A stretch of 56,588 bases of DNA, counting the filler, from Bipalium vagum (Eukaryota): NCBI GenBank assembly GCA_037834085.1. It is 3 parts of 3 records of this genome, joined end to end, with 100 filler letters (N's around TTAATTAATTAA, not from the genome) between each part and the next. Parts side by side here need not be neighbours in the genome. Positions count along the whole stretch, not along the records: positions 18,258 to 37,421 come from JBBMKC010008585.1; 2 more parts are not named here. One strand, written 5' to 3'. Numbering within the stretch: the first letter of the stretch is position 1; the number at the start of each line of letters is the position of its first letter. The notes under the pieces are model-generated. The model had not been told where the DNA came from and searched no databases. It saw only the letters and a program-made list of their open reading frames with translations. This document shows positions 25,781-36,773 of this stretch, piece by piece. Made by a program: the position numbers and the translations under genes.

Positions 25781-27679
25781 TCGCACATCTCACCGAACTA
25801 TAGTTATAAAGGTTTAAATAAAGAAACTTTTGTTACAACAGATAGGCGGTTTAATCAAAAAACGAAAGAACAATATCTGCAGATTTACTCATAGCAGATC
25901 ATTTGATTAAGGAGGAATGGCCTAAGATTAAAGCATAACATTCATCTGATAATATTTACAACACTAATGAAACAGGGCTTTTCGTCGTGCATTACCTGAG
26001 CACATGTTTATATTTAAAACGGATATTCAAAATGGTTAAAAAATTTCAAAGGACAAATTAACAATCATGTGTTGTATAAAAATGTCTTCTTACAACCGTT
26101 GGTTATTGGAAAGTCAAAAAATCTGCGTTGTTTCAAAGGCTTAAAAATTACCAGCTGACCACTATGCGAATTCAAAAGCTTTGATAATCTAATTTCCAAT
26201 GAATGGTTATTTAAATGGAACAAAAACTTGAATCACAAAAGAGTACTACTTGTTGCAAATTGTACTGCTCATGTGGTTGATGTTTCACTGAAGCACATTG
26301 AAATGTTTTTTTTACCATATAACATACCTTATCCAACCATGCGATCAAGGAATCCTACGAACTTTTAAAGCATATTATCGTCTTGAATTAAGAAGGTAAA
26401 TATTAAAAAAAAAACATAGAGGACAATGGTTAGGTAGTAAAATGGATATTCTATAGGCTTTCCATGTTATATCTATGTCATGGAAAAGTGTCTGACATAA
26501 TTCGGAAATTTTTCAGACATGGTGGATTTTCTGCAGATGATAAAGAATGCGCCTCTGATGAGACGCCTGGTTTTAATCCAAATATTTTCAAAATTGGGTG
26601 TCAATTCATGAAAACATTCAGACTACAACCAGATCTAACAATTTCTAACATTTACCAGATTGTTACTCAAACTGAACCTGAATCATCCATCAAAAATAAA
26701 ACAAAAGAATCTGTAAACCTCCTTCTACTTCTCAAATGGGACAAGATCTTAAGGCTAGGTGTTCAGTATCGATCTGAAGAATTTAATAAACTCTGAATTT
26801 GAGGAACATGTGAAAGATTTATTAAATGAACCAAGAAGCAAACAACAATTTATTATATTTTCAAAAATAATTTGTTATTATATTGTTATTGTTATTCTTC
26901 TTGTTACCGTAACATGGTTTTATATGGACTAAGCTTTAAAATTAGTTAATTCGAAATTTTTATCAATCGGTTATTGTTATTATTTTCATCAGGTCCCGAA
27001 GTTATTATGTTGAGTGACCTCTACTGTTCAAGTATTGGTTTAAGTAATAATTTATAAAATTATAAAATAATAGTATTATTATTAATACTCACATAATATA
27101 TATATTTTAATATAAAATTATAACGTATTATTTATTTTCACGAAACAAGTAATTATTATTTTCACTTATTAAACTAATGCATTCTTAATGAATTCTGAAT
27201 CTTTTTCAAAGTATTTTTTGATTCTCTCATTCACATCGAACAGGGAGGATTAAAATCGATTTTTTAAATAATAATAATTTGAAATGTTATCAAAATATTC
27301 TTGTTAGTTTTAATAATGTTTTATTAAAAAATAAACATGAAAATATCAAATCGCAACGAAGTAAAAATTTATTAGAAAATTAATTCGATGAATTTATTTT
27401 GATTACTTTCAGAGACTGATCTGAATTAACAGAGATTCTAGAAGTTACGGGGAAAAGTATAAAAATTAAATTAACATGAACAAATTTTTTGTACTTTACT
27501 TTGAATAAAAATAAAAATGTAAAAAATAGTCTATGTATTAAAGTCAATAATATTTTTCTTTTGTCTATGGTTCTAATAATTAATAATAATAGTTTAGGTC
27601 TCATCAATTTTTTTATTTTCACATTTTTGTAGGGGATTACTATAAATCTTTCCAGAATTTCATTTTGAGAATGACTAAA

Positions 27680-27745
<66 letters not shown>
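27680..27745. repeat. (AAT)22 microsatellite
   Basis: Direct read of a perfect trinucleotide run. Confidence 0.97.
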
Positions 27746-27746
<1 letters not shown>

Positions 27747-28269
27747 GAATAGTAATAGAAAAATCGATTCCATTAAAATAGGATAACGATTTTCTCGAAT
27801 AAACGATTTTTTTTAATTATGATAAAATATATTTTATTTGAATTTTACAAAAATTTTTATTCAATAATGTTACATTTCGTTAACGATGTCTGATCAGTCT
27901 GGAAATTATTATAGGGACTGAAAGGGGAGATGAGAACATTGTTCTTTTCTCAGAGCCTGACGAGGCTGAAGTCAAATTTCTCATCAATAAATATTAATAT
28001 TTATTTAGTCTTAATTTCGGGAATATGTCGCTTGGTGGGTAACGTTAGCAGATTCCTCACCATGCTCATCAGTGATAATTTGATCACCACTATTATCGTC
28101 CTCAGGAGTCACAGGCCTCCAGGTATTTGGAATCCATCAGGAAAACGTCTCAAGCAAAACTGTCAAGCAAAAGATTCTTTCTTCCCACTCCACCCCCCCG
28201 AAACTGACCCCCCCCCGCACTGACTGTTCAGAAAGATTTACACGGTTTCTATACAATTCCAATGGAAAG

Positions 28270-29546
28270 TTATCTTATTATTTTGTTGGTGTGAGAATTG
28301 ACAATAGAGCTCGGACAGTCCAATTTACGAATGATGGTTTCTTTCGTTGACAATGACACCGAAGGTTTGGACGATGATTTCCGTTTTGGGCAAAACGGTC
28401 CACTGTGCAGATGGTGAATGGAAATACAAAATTCATATATTGACGATTGTTGCTCCCAGTCGTTTTTGGACCATGAAATACTGTAGTATTTAATACAACG
28501 GCCATTCATGTAAAAGTGGGTGAATATCTTCCGGAAATCCGACGACATGATGCAGTACAAGACAAACGTTATGGCATTTTTAAACAAGGTTAACAGGTCC
28601 ATCAAGTCTCCCAAGTAGAGGTAGACACAGTAGCTGCGATGAGATACTTTGGACATGAATTGCATTATCGCGTGGGGCACCTCAGCAATGAGAATGATGA
28701 TGATGATGACAATCAGCAGTCGAGTGGTTCGGTAATGGCTGCCACGGGGTTTACGGGAAAGGTGTGTGGTGGACAAACGTTCAACTATTAAAGATCGTTT
28801 TCTTTCCTCATTCAATACCATACTGCCAGGAGAGCGCCGATAAAGATGACCATTATCAAAGATGGGATGATTTTATCTAGAATGGACACCATCCAGAAGC
28901 TGTAAATGTCGAGAATGGGCATTTCCTGATGACGTGTGGCCTGGTATAACAGACTTTGATTGACGTCGTTTGAGTTGTTGGTTTCAAAGGATTTGTATCT
29001 GATAGTCTGGGTGAAGAGATAGGGAATAATCAAAACGATGTTACACAACAAACAGCCACAAATGATGGTAAACGCTCGACGTTTCAGCTGCTGAACTTGG
29101 TATCTCAAAATGGCGGTGATTTTACATCGTCTGACAATGTAATACCTTAAAATGGCCAGTGCTGCTCCCAACCACACGGTGGTGTTGTGAGATACCAAGG
29201 AGATATTTGAGCATACGAGATAGTAGAAGACCCATCCCCAATTATCGTACCAAGGGTTCACTTTCATCAAGGTTTTCAGATCGATGATGTAAAACTTGAT
29301 CAGCACGGGAAGCTGAACGCAACAGATGATGATATCAAACGATGCCAGTGATAACAATATCATGTTGGTTGATGTTCTCATTCTTTTGTGGTTTAAAACG
29401 AAAACATTGAAGATATTTGTAATAATGGAGATCAAACAAATGAACACTCCGAAATACCCATACAGAGACAGGAACTTGGTATGGAACCCTTCCAGGCTGT
29501 GATCGAGGCAATGATCCTCGATCGAGGAGGTATTGTTTGAATGCAT
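28270..29546 (-). CDS. Rhodopsin-family peptide-type GPCR (FMRFamide/myosuppressin/Srw-like), intronless, split into two overlapping ORFs (TM1-5: 29546-28812; TM6-7 plus tail: 28821-28270)
   Basis: TM1 GYFGVFICLISIITNIFNVFVL, RMRTSTNMILLSLASFD (TM2), HNTTVWLGAALAILRY (TM3), KIIPSLIMVIFIGALL (TM5), RTTRLLIVIIIIILIAEVP (TM6) and DLMDLLTLFKNAITFVLYCIMSSDFR (TM7/H8). A single frame change near 28815-28860 is the only lesion. It may be a pseudogene or an assembly error. Confidence 0.9.
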
Positions 29547-30064
29547 TTAATGTTCAATCTGTGAACTGCTTTCACATACCTAGTGGCGGCCAATGGAATA
29601 TTCGTTCTCTTTCTATTAGTTAACCATTCAGTAAAGCAGGGGGGGAATTTAATAATATAATATAATAATCCTTCCAGTTTTATATTTTGGCTGCATTCTA
29701 CTTTTTTCACAAAACATTTATGTATCATAGTGTTCTCTTTGAACAGGCGTATTAAAGGTGTGTCTCTGGGATTAATTAATAATTAATTTAATTAAATAAA
29801 AATTTAAATTAATTCCTCATTAGAGAAAATTATTAATAATCTCGAAGATCTCAACAAAAGAGAGATTAAAAAGTTTTCTATTCAAAAAATATTATCAATA
29901 AAAAAGGGATTAATCAATTAAAAAAAAGATTATTTTATTAATTTTGTGGAAACACATTTTCGCTCATCTTTATCGGGTGATTAAAGGATTCGTTGAAATG
30001 TTTTATAACGTACGTATCCGATTTTGGAGCTCAGAAAAAAATATAGGGAAATCATTATTAAATA

Positions 30065-30755
30065 CAGTACCTGGCCAAGTTAATTGAATCGATAAGAGAA
30101 AATAATATAAGGCTTTATTTGATCCTTTATTTTATCTTAAACTCAATGTATTTCTTATATCATTATAAAATGACCTTGAGAAAATTTTGAACCAATCTTT
30201 TTATTTTGTTGGCTCTCCTTTGGGTTTCATCAATCAATTAATGCGAACAGGCACGGTTTCAATACATTTATTAACCAAATTCAATATTTCCAAGTCATCA
30301 TTCCAAACTTCCAGGAGGCTTTCTAATAGTTATTTTTTGTGAATTTTGTCATCAATTCTTTGTCTTACGTGATCCCAAATGTTCTCTATTTGGTTCATAT
30401 CCAATAAATTACCAGGCCTAAGGAGTAGATCAACATTCTTATTTGTAGGAAATTTAGTTACGGACTTCGATTCTGTCATCATAACAGGAGGTTCTATTAT
30501 GCATAAATGTATAATTTTTTCCTCTTGAAAACAATGGTCGACATTGTGATAGTAGTTTTTCATAAGATATTTGAATGTATTGATCAAGAATTAGCCTTAC
30601 TCCCTTGCTCTTTTATTACTGATCCTACCATGAAGGATTGGGGATGTTTCATTTTGCTTACCAAGCCGTCTTTGATCATCTTTTCATTAGAAATGCATCG
30701 GAAGAACTTTGCATTGTCATGAAACACCTTAAATACGGATTCATCACTAAAGTAG
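30065..30755 (-). mobile_element. Tc1-family 3' half
   Basis: TA|CAGTACCTGGCCAAG end. Minus-strand FSDESVF and RPGNLLDMNQIENIWDHV ([13 protein letters not shown]-like). Confidence 0.8.
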
Positions 30756-30774
30756 ATATAAGAAAAATACTTTT

Positions 30775-31276
30775 TTCACGTACATACTTTTCGCCATGAC
30801 AACGACTCCAAGCATACATCAAACCTGTGTTATCATTATTTTAAAAAAAGATGGATTACTTCAAATGTTGCAATGGCTTCTGCAATCGTTAGATTTTAGT
30901 CCTATCGAGTTACTTTGAGGTAAGCTTGACTATCAAGTAAGAAATATGTGAACAAACAGCCAATGAGATTTGTGGAATTTCTTGAATGATGCGTGGAACC
31001 AAATAAGTGTAGAAAACTACTTTAAAATGTGGAAAGATTACCTAAAATATGCGCTGTCGTAATCAAAGCAAAAGGATGGTTACATCAATGAAAATTGAGT
31101 ATAACTGTTCTGCGTGTAAAAATAGTGTAAATGTAATCTTAATTAAAAGTATTTGAACTTACAGACAGAAAATAAGTCAAAATCATTAAATAAAAGAAAT
31201 AATACCAGTTGCGTAAGACTAGAAGGTTCAAAATTCACTTTTTCGTTAGGGGTTTCAAATCTTTTGACCAATAGTG
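30775..31276 (+). mobile_element. Tc1-family 3' half of a different family, opposite orientation
   Basis: FRHDNDSKHTS...LQWLLQSLDFSPIELL*GKLD...AVVIKAKG. Ends with the TIR-like TTTCAAATCTTTTGACCAATAGTG. Confidence 0.8.
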
Positions 31277-31974
31277 TGTGTTCAATAATATGTTCAATTT
31301 GATTTTTTCTAAGAAATAAAATCACCGATGTGAATTTGGTGTGAATGTTTAATTAAGTCGATGTTATCGAGTTTAGCTGTTGTAGATTCAAATTTTAATA
31401 ATGTGCTCTATTGTGGAAAGAGGGAAATTGTTTTTACTGTTAGGTTGAATGGAAACAGTTACATTAATCAGAGAGCATTTAGAACACTTAAAATGGAAAG
31501 CAATACATACAGTGAGGACAACAAGAAAGACATTGTAACAAAAAGTCAAAGAATGAGATGGTCTGTGATCTCTGAAAGTCTGGAAGATCATCAATTGAAG
31601 ATGAAAAAGTATGCGAAACAAGTTAGGTTAAGAAAGAAGCTCCCCAGACATTTGAATGATATATAATACTTCGATTACGTTTCATCTTCCTGTTTTATCT
31701 ATTTGGTGTTCTCCAAGTCAAAGCTCATTCTATCCACACTTCTTCCCATGTTCTCTAATCTGATATGTTTATTTATTACTAAAATCTTAATTGTTACTAT
31801 AAATCTGTATTATAATAAATGTGCATTTGCACCAATTATGCACTTACACTGTTGAGATGCATAATTGATTAAATCTTTATCAATTTTCGGTTCATTTAAC
31901 CAGACAAAGGTAAGTCAAATAATTAATTTCAAATCCAGTTTGAAGGTTGAACGATGGTTTGTGAATTTCCTATT

Positions 31975-32162
31975 CATGATTCTCACCTTTCGAGAGAATG
32001 GAGGCAACGATCTTTCACCACATCTGGAACCATGCATCAAAATGGAGATAGAAAGTCAATTAAATCTTTAAGACCTTACAATGATACGGATAATACCACG
32101 GGAACAATTACTTGCGTTTAATCCATCCATGAATCTCACCTTTAAAAGAGATTGGAGGTAAG
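31975..32162. repeat. Diverged ~33-bp direct repeat pair, 153 bp apart
   Basis: CATGATTCTCACCTTTCGAGAGAATGGAGGCAA (31975) vs CATGAATCTCACCTTTAAAAGAGATTGGAGGTAA (32128). Confidence 0.75.
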
Positions 32163-33991
32163 GACAAATTGCCGTAATTGTCTCCTACACCATTATTGCC
32201 AATTATTCATTGGATAATGATAGACCAATGTCTACTGATGATGATCAAGGAACTGGGTTGAATTCCAGAGGAAAATATTAATTACCTTTATGGGATACCA
32301 TGTGGTTGAATCCATTAGGAATAATAATTAATATCAAACCTGGTGGTGTCCCCATAATAACCTGGAATGTGGATTAACCAGGAAACTAGGTAGAATTCTG
32401 GTTGATTCTTATCTTAGCTTGGGCTTGTTAAGGAACCACAAAAATCAAAAACAGAGTATTAACAAACGGAAAAAGACAATATTCGAAGACAATCAAATTG
32501 AGAAGTAAACCTTTATTTCGATGTTATCACTAATAAATCGTTGTAAATTAAATTGATTAATTTTTATTGAGAGGTCCTGAGATAAAAATAACGAAAAGCG
32601 AAATCTTTTCTTTCTTCTCACTTGAGGGAAAGTTGTGCAATATCCCATTTTATTTCAAAAGCGATTTAAGATGAAATATCTTTTTAAATTCAAAATCTAA
32701 CTCCAAGATTCGATAGTTAATATCGATTTTTAAACGACCCTGTTGATGGGTTAGGCTGCCAAATAATTCAAGGCCTAGGTCAAGAAACGTAACAATATTT
32801 TCTTCAGTTTTTTTAAATCAACAGAAAATCTAAATCTTCAAAAAATAATTCCATTAATAATGAAAATTGTTTTGTTCCATAAAAATGTACTCCTCAACAA
32901 AAATTTCTAATTAATTAATAAAAAATTAATAAATTAAAATTTTAATCCATTAATGATGAAAGAAAAATTCCAAAGCTTTTAATGATCAATAGAAAAATGA
33001 GAAATCAATAAAAAAACATGTGAGTAAAAAAATCAATAATTCTTTCTTTATATTCGAATTCTTTTCAAAATATAATTTTAACCAATAATAATTCGTTTAA
33101 ATAATTTAAAATATTGTAATTCTTATCTTAACTTAACGGACAACAATATTGACTTCGTAAAAGAGGTGTAAACAAATAATTTTTATTTTCATAAAAATCA
33201 ATAAAAATTAATTAATTAATTTTTTATTACCAAAGCAAGATCAAATACCATAGGAAAATCTTGAGAAATTAATTAAATCGTAATTGATCTATTTTCCAGT
33301 GGACTATATTACTTAATTCAGTTGAAAGTAGTAATGAAACTAATTACAAAAACCATTGAAGAGGTTATCCGTAACCCAGTCAAATGATTGAAGCTGACAC
33401 CAATTAGGCTGGAAAAGTGGAAAAAGAGGATAATTGATGTTGTCATTGTAAATTCAATCTTTTCCCATCTTCATTTTATTAATAATATTCGTCAAAGGGG
33501 ATGTAAACACAGTCTCGGCTAAATGGGCATTTTGCAAATAAGAAAAAAATGTCTACTGACAGCAACCGGCACCTCTCTTTCCTTTCGAGGGGAGATCAAT
33601 GGCTGGGATAACGTCCCGGTGAGATATCAAAGAGAAGATGATTATTTTGGGGAAATTACACCCGTTTCAATTACTAGTTATTGAATTTTTTAAATCACCT
33701 TTTTTCCTGGAGATCTTACCGTGTTTTGTTGCATGAGATTAAAACCATTTGACGCGGACGTTATGTAAACCATCGAAAACTAAACTTTTTTACCAAATAT
33801 TTTTTTCTAATTCTTTCTCATTTAATCAGATCCAAAGGTCCTCAGGTCTACAGTCAGATAGAAACTTTGATGGTGGCTACCTTCGAATCTCATAGGTCCC
33901 AATCAAGTTAATAAAAAATATAAAAAATAAATATAAAAATATAAAAATATATTTATAAGTTTTAAAATATAAAATATAATTATATAATATA

Positions 33992-34493
33992 TGTCAGTTT
34001 GGCTAATCAAATGTTGGGCTTCTTAACATAAATATTTCATTTAATATCATTAAAAAAAAAACATGTTAAAAACGGTTTATTTATAGAATACGTATTGGTG
34101 ACCTTTGGTAATCTATTTATAGTATATATTAATTCAGTAAAAATCAATAAGAATTAATCAACAATGGTTAACAATATCAATTTATCTGGAGAAGCTCTGC
34201 GTATTCTTATCCTGTATCACTTCAAAAGCAATAAAAATGATTTATATGGCATTTGGTGTGAATGCCATAAGCCCTGAAACCTGCTTTATTTTGTACAGTA
34301 ATTTCGGTTCTAGAGATTTTGGACTTGAAGATCAACCACTTGTTCAACAAAGATTGATGAAGATCTCCTTCTAACAATGATCGAAAATAATTCAACTATG
34401 AAAACCCAACAACTTTCTCAAACATTAAATGTGTTCATGGAACCTTTGAGCGTCATTTGTAAAAGCTGAAAAACCTTATTAGCCAAACTGACA
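33992..34493 (+). mobile_element. Internally deleted mariner (5' half of transposase retained)
   Basis: Perfect 16-bp IR TGTCAGTTTGGCTAAT (33992-34007 / 34478-34493). Internal EALRILILYHFK...FGSRDFGLEDQP...IDEDLLLTMIENN..TQQLSQTLNV..ERHL. Confidence 0.85.
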
Positions 34494-34540
34494 ACCATTT
34501 TGTTTAAACCCGATTTGTTAAAATTAATTTTATAAAAATG

Positions 34541-34792
34541 TCAACATGACCCTTCTATTGATGATGACGGCTCTGTCGACATCATTTTATCCCCTTCAAT
34601 TTCTGGTCGTCTCTTAACAAAGGGCACATTCTTCTGGAAATGCGTAATGTCGTATGCGTAATGTTTGTTAACATTGAATACATCGCATAGACTTTCAATT
34701 GTTTCGTACTGCGGCTGTACTTTGCCAATCTTCATGAGAATCCTCTCATAGTGGATTGAGATTAATATTTTCTTATCATTAGATATCGCCAT
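34541..34792 (-). CDS. Putative 83-aa small protein with a helix-turn-helix-like segment
   Basis: Intact ORF, GC-richer than its flanks. The ATG directly follows a 45-nt GTACGT...TATAG intron (34837-34793) of the size typical here, and there is an in-frame TAA three codons upstream after splicing. TIESLCDVFNVNKHYAYDI fits an HTH pattern. Confidence 0.5.
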   Translation of the reverse strand: MAISNDKKILISIHYERILMKIGKVQPQYETIESLCDVFNVNKHYAYDITHFQKNVPFVKRRPEIEGDKMMSTEPSSSIEGSC

Positions 34793-35639
34793 CTATAATA
34801 ATAATAATCAATATTACATCAATTAAACTAGACGTACAAATGCTTTTTAAAATAAATAAATCGGGTTTTTGTGGTATGGAGTAATTATGTAATTATCTTG
34901 TTCATGTATTTTTTTATTGTTAAAATTTAAATGAATTTTTTTTAATTTACTCAGATAATCGGTAAAATTTAAATATTTGTTTAAATAAATGTACCGTTTC
35001 GTGGGAAATGGTTAATTTAAACAAGTTACTTTGTATGTAAATTAAAATTATTTAAAAAATTGTGGATATAGCTGAATTCTTCTGCTTCATTTAGAAATCA
35101 GCTAAATTATCTGAGCGAAGCCAATTTGTTTTCGTTGCAGCTACCATTGATTTAAACAAACAAATAAATATTAAAATAAATCTCATTTTCGATTTCACAT
35201 TGAGATATGAGTTGTATTTTATTACGATATTTTTCAATATTTTAATATGTGAATTAAATTTTTTTCCAGTTTTTATTCAAAATTCAGAAATTCGACTAGA
35301 CAAATAATTTTTTATTATTTTAATATTTTTTGGAGACCTATTTGCTTTTTAACGAAAGAATTATATAAAGAAATTATAACTTTACTTATATATTAGTCAT
35401 TTAATAATTTAATAAATAATAAAAAATTATAATTATGTTTGGGTCGTACTTTGATTTTAAAAATATTTAAAATATTATAATAATAATATTTATTAAGTCA
35501 TTCGGATACTTTTTAATAGTCTATGCTTTCAAAGATATCTATATTTAATATCTACTTCTCATTGATTTTCGATGTTATCATATTATAATTCTATATGATG
35601 CAAACCTTTTTAATGTAATGATATTATTTTTTAATTATC

Positions 35640-36030
35640 AGTGAAAAAACTACTTATTATGGAACGAATAGTAGAGGAATACCCAAAGCAAATTGTGTAT
35701 AATATATGGGATATATTATAGGTATGCACATGTTTTAGTCTTTTTTTAAAGTAAAAATTAATGTTAATGAAAGGATTCCTCACGAGGTATCAATTGATCC
35801 CCCACATGCATTTACAAGCGATTTATTCACTAAAATTGAAGCATCGAAAGACACCATTAATCGACATTTGAGAAAACTTGGATACCGCTATAAGCGACCT
35901 AGGTTAAATCCACACGAGCTATATATTCAAAGCTTTTGTGTAATCCTACACATGACCTGTTTTGATCTCGCATTGTTACGATAGACAAAAAATGATCTAT
36001 TCTATTAATCAAGAAAAAGAAAATAATGGA
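35640..36030 (+). mobile_element. mariner transposase remnant
   Basis: SKDTINRHLRKLGYRYKRPRLNPHEL (WVPHEL-like) and SRIVTIDKK* (RIVTGDEKW-like). Confidence 0.75.
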
Positions 36031-36773
36031 CGTCACATGATCAACATCTTGTAACATATGGTCCATAATAATATAATAAACAATTTTTTTAATATTATAA
36101 AAAAATAAAAAACTTAATCCAAATTTTAATGACAAATCATATTTTGATATAATAATTTTTCACATCATTTATTTAAAGATGGCTCTTTCACGCTTCGATG
36201 GCTGCAATAAAAATATGAGCTCACTTGATTAAATATTCGGTTACAGAATAATTTGCAAAGTATTTATTTTAGCGATAAATCATTAAAGACTTCTCGGAGA
36301 TTTAGCTGGAATAAATGTTTATCAGAGAAGATTTTATTTATTTATTTATTTATTTAATAAAACGTTCTCATTATGTGACATCTCCTAATTGTCCAGATCA
36401 TGGGATAAATCAGACGCTTTTTTAACTTTACATAACGGATTTCAGTCAAGTCTTTCATAATTTTAGTAAAAATAAATCATTTATCACTTTTTGGGAATGT
36501 TTGAGAAAATGTAATCACATAAAAAGACTGGCCATCACCAACTGATGACACTTTGCAATTCTAAAGGAATATATGAAAATGAAACGAATGGGACTAATTT
36601 GATTACTCTTTTTGAACCGATCTCTTTTATTAAAAGCTTGGGGAAAGTATAAATTATTTATTTTAAAAAAAGCTTTTTACAAAATTCTTTATATTATTAT
36701 ATAATATTTTTTTTGAATAATAATAATGATGATAAAAATAATAATAATAAATAATAATAATAATAAGTTTACA

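Larger units (their letters stand above)
24778..27026 (+). mobile_element. pogo/Tigger (DDE_1, CENP-B-like) transposon, decayed, with nested insertions
   Basis: Ends TA|CAGTTGATGCTCGC...GAGTGACCTCTACTG. The region 25910-26400 gives WPKIKA..DNIYNTNETGLF, RALPEH, SKDKLTIMCC, LVIGKSKNLRCFK, VLLVANCTAH, FFLP and IQPCDQGILRTFKAYYR. Confidence 0.85.

Noticed and set aside
28278-28505. Second open frame overlapping the GPCR C-tail (dual coding)
   Set aside because: 75 codons in a locally GC-richer stretch with no recognisable motif; compatible with chance.
28785-28823. 39-nt GTATGG...TAATAG intron repairing the GPCR
   Set aside because: Its length is a multiple of 3, so the spliced product stays in the wrong frame and stops before TM6.
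31361-31666. 101-aa ORF ending RLRKKLPRHLNDI, reminiscent of a retrotransposon integrase tail
   Set aside because: Only a weak motif, with no catalytic residues, PPT or LTR that I could confirm.
33721-33736. GTGTTTTGTTGCATG resembling, from memory, the 3' end of a trematode spliced leader; also ACGGTCTTATC at about 53365-53375 (- strand) resembling a planarian SL
   Set aside because: Matches are only 11-15 nt, with no following donor, Sm site or stem-loops.
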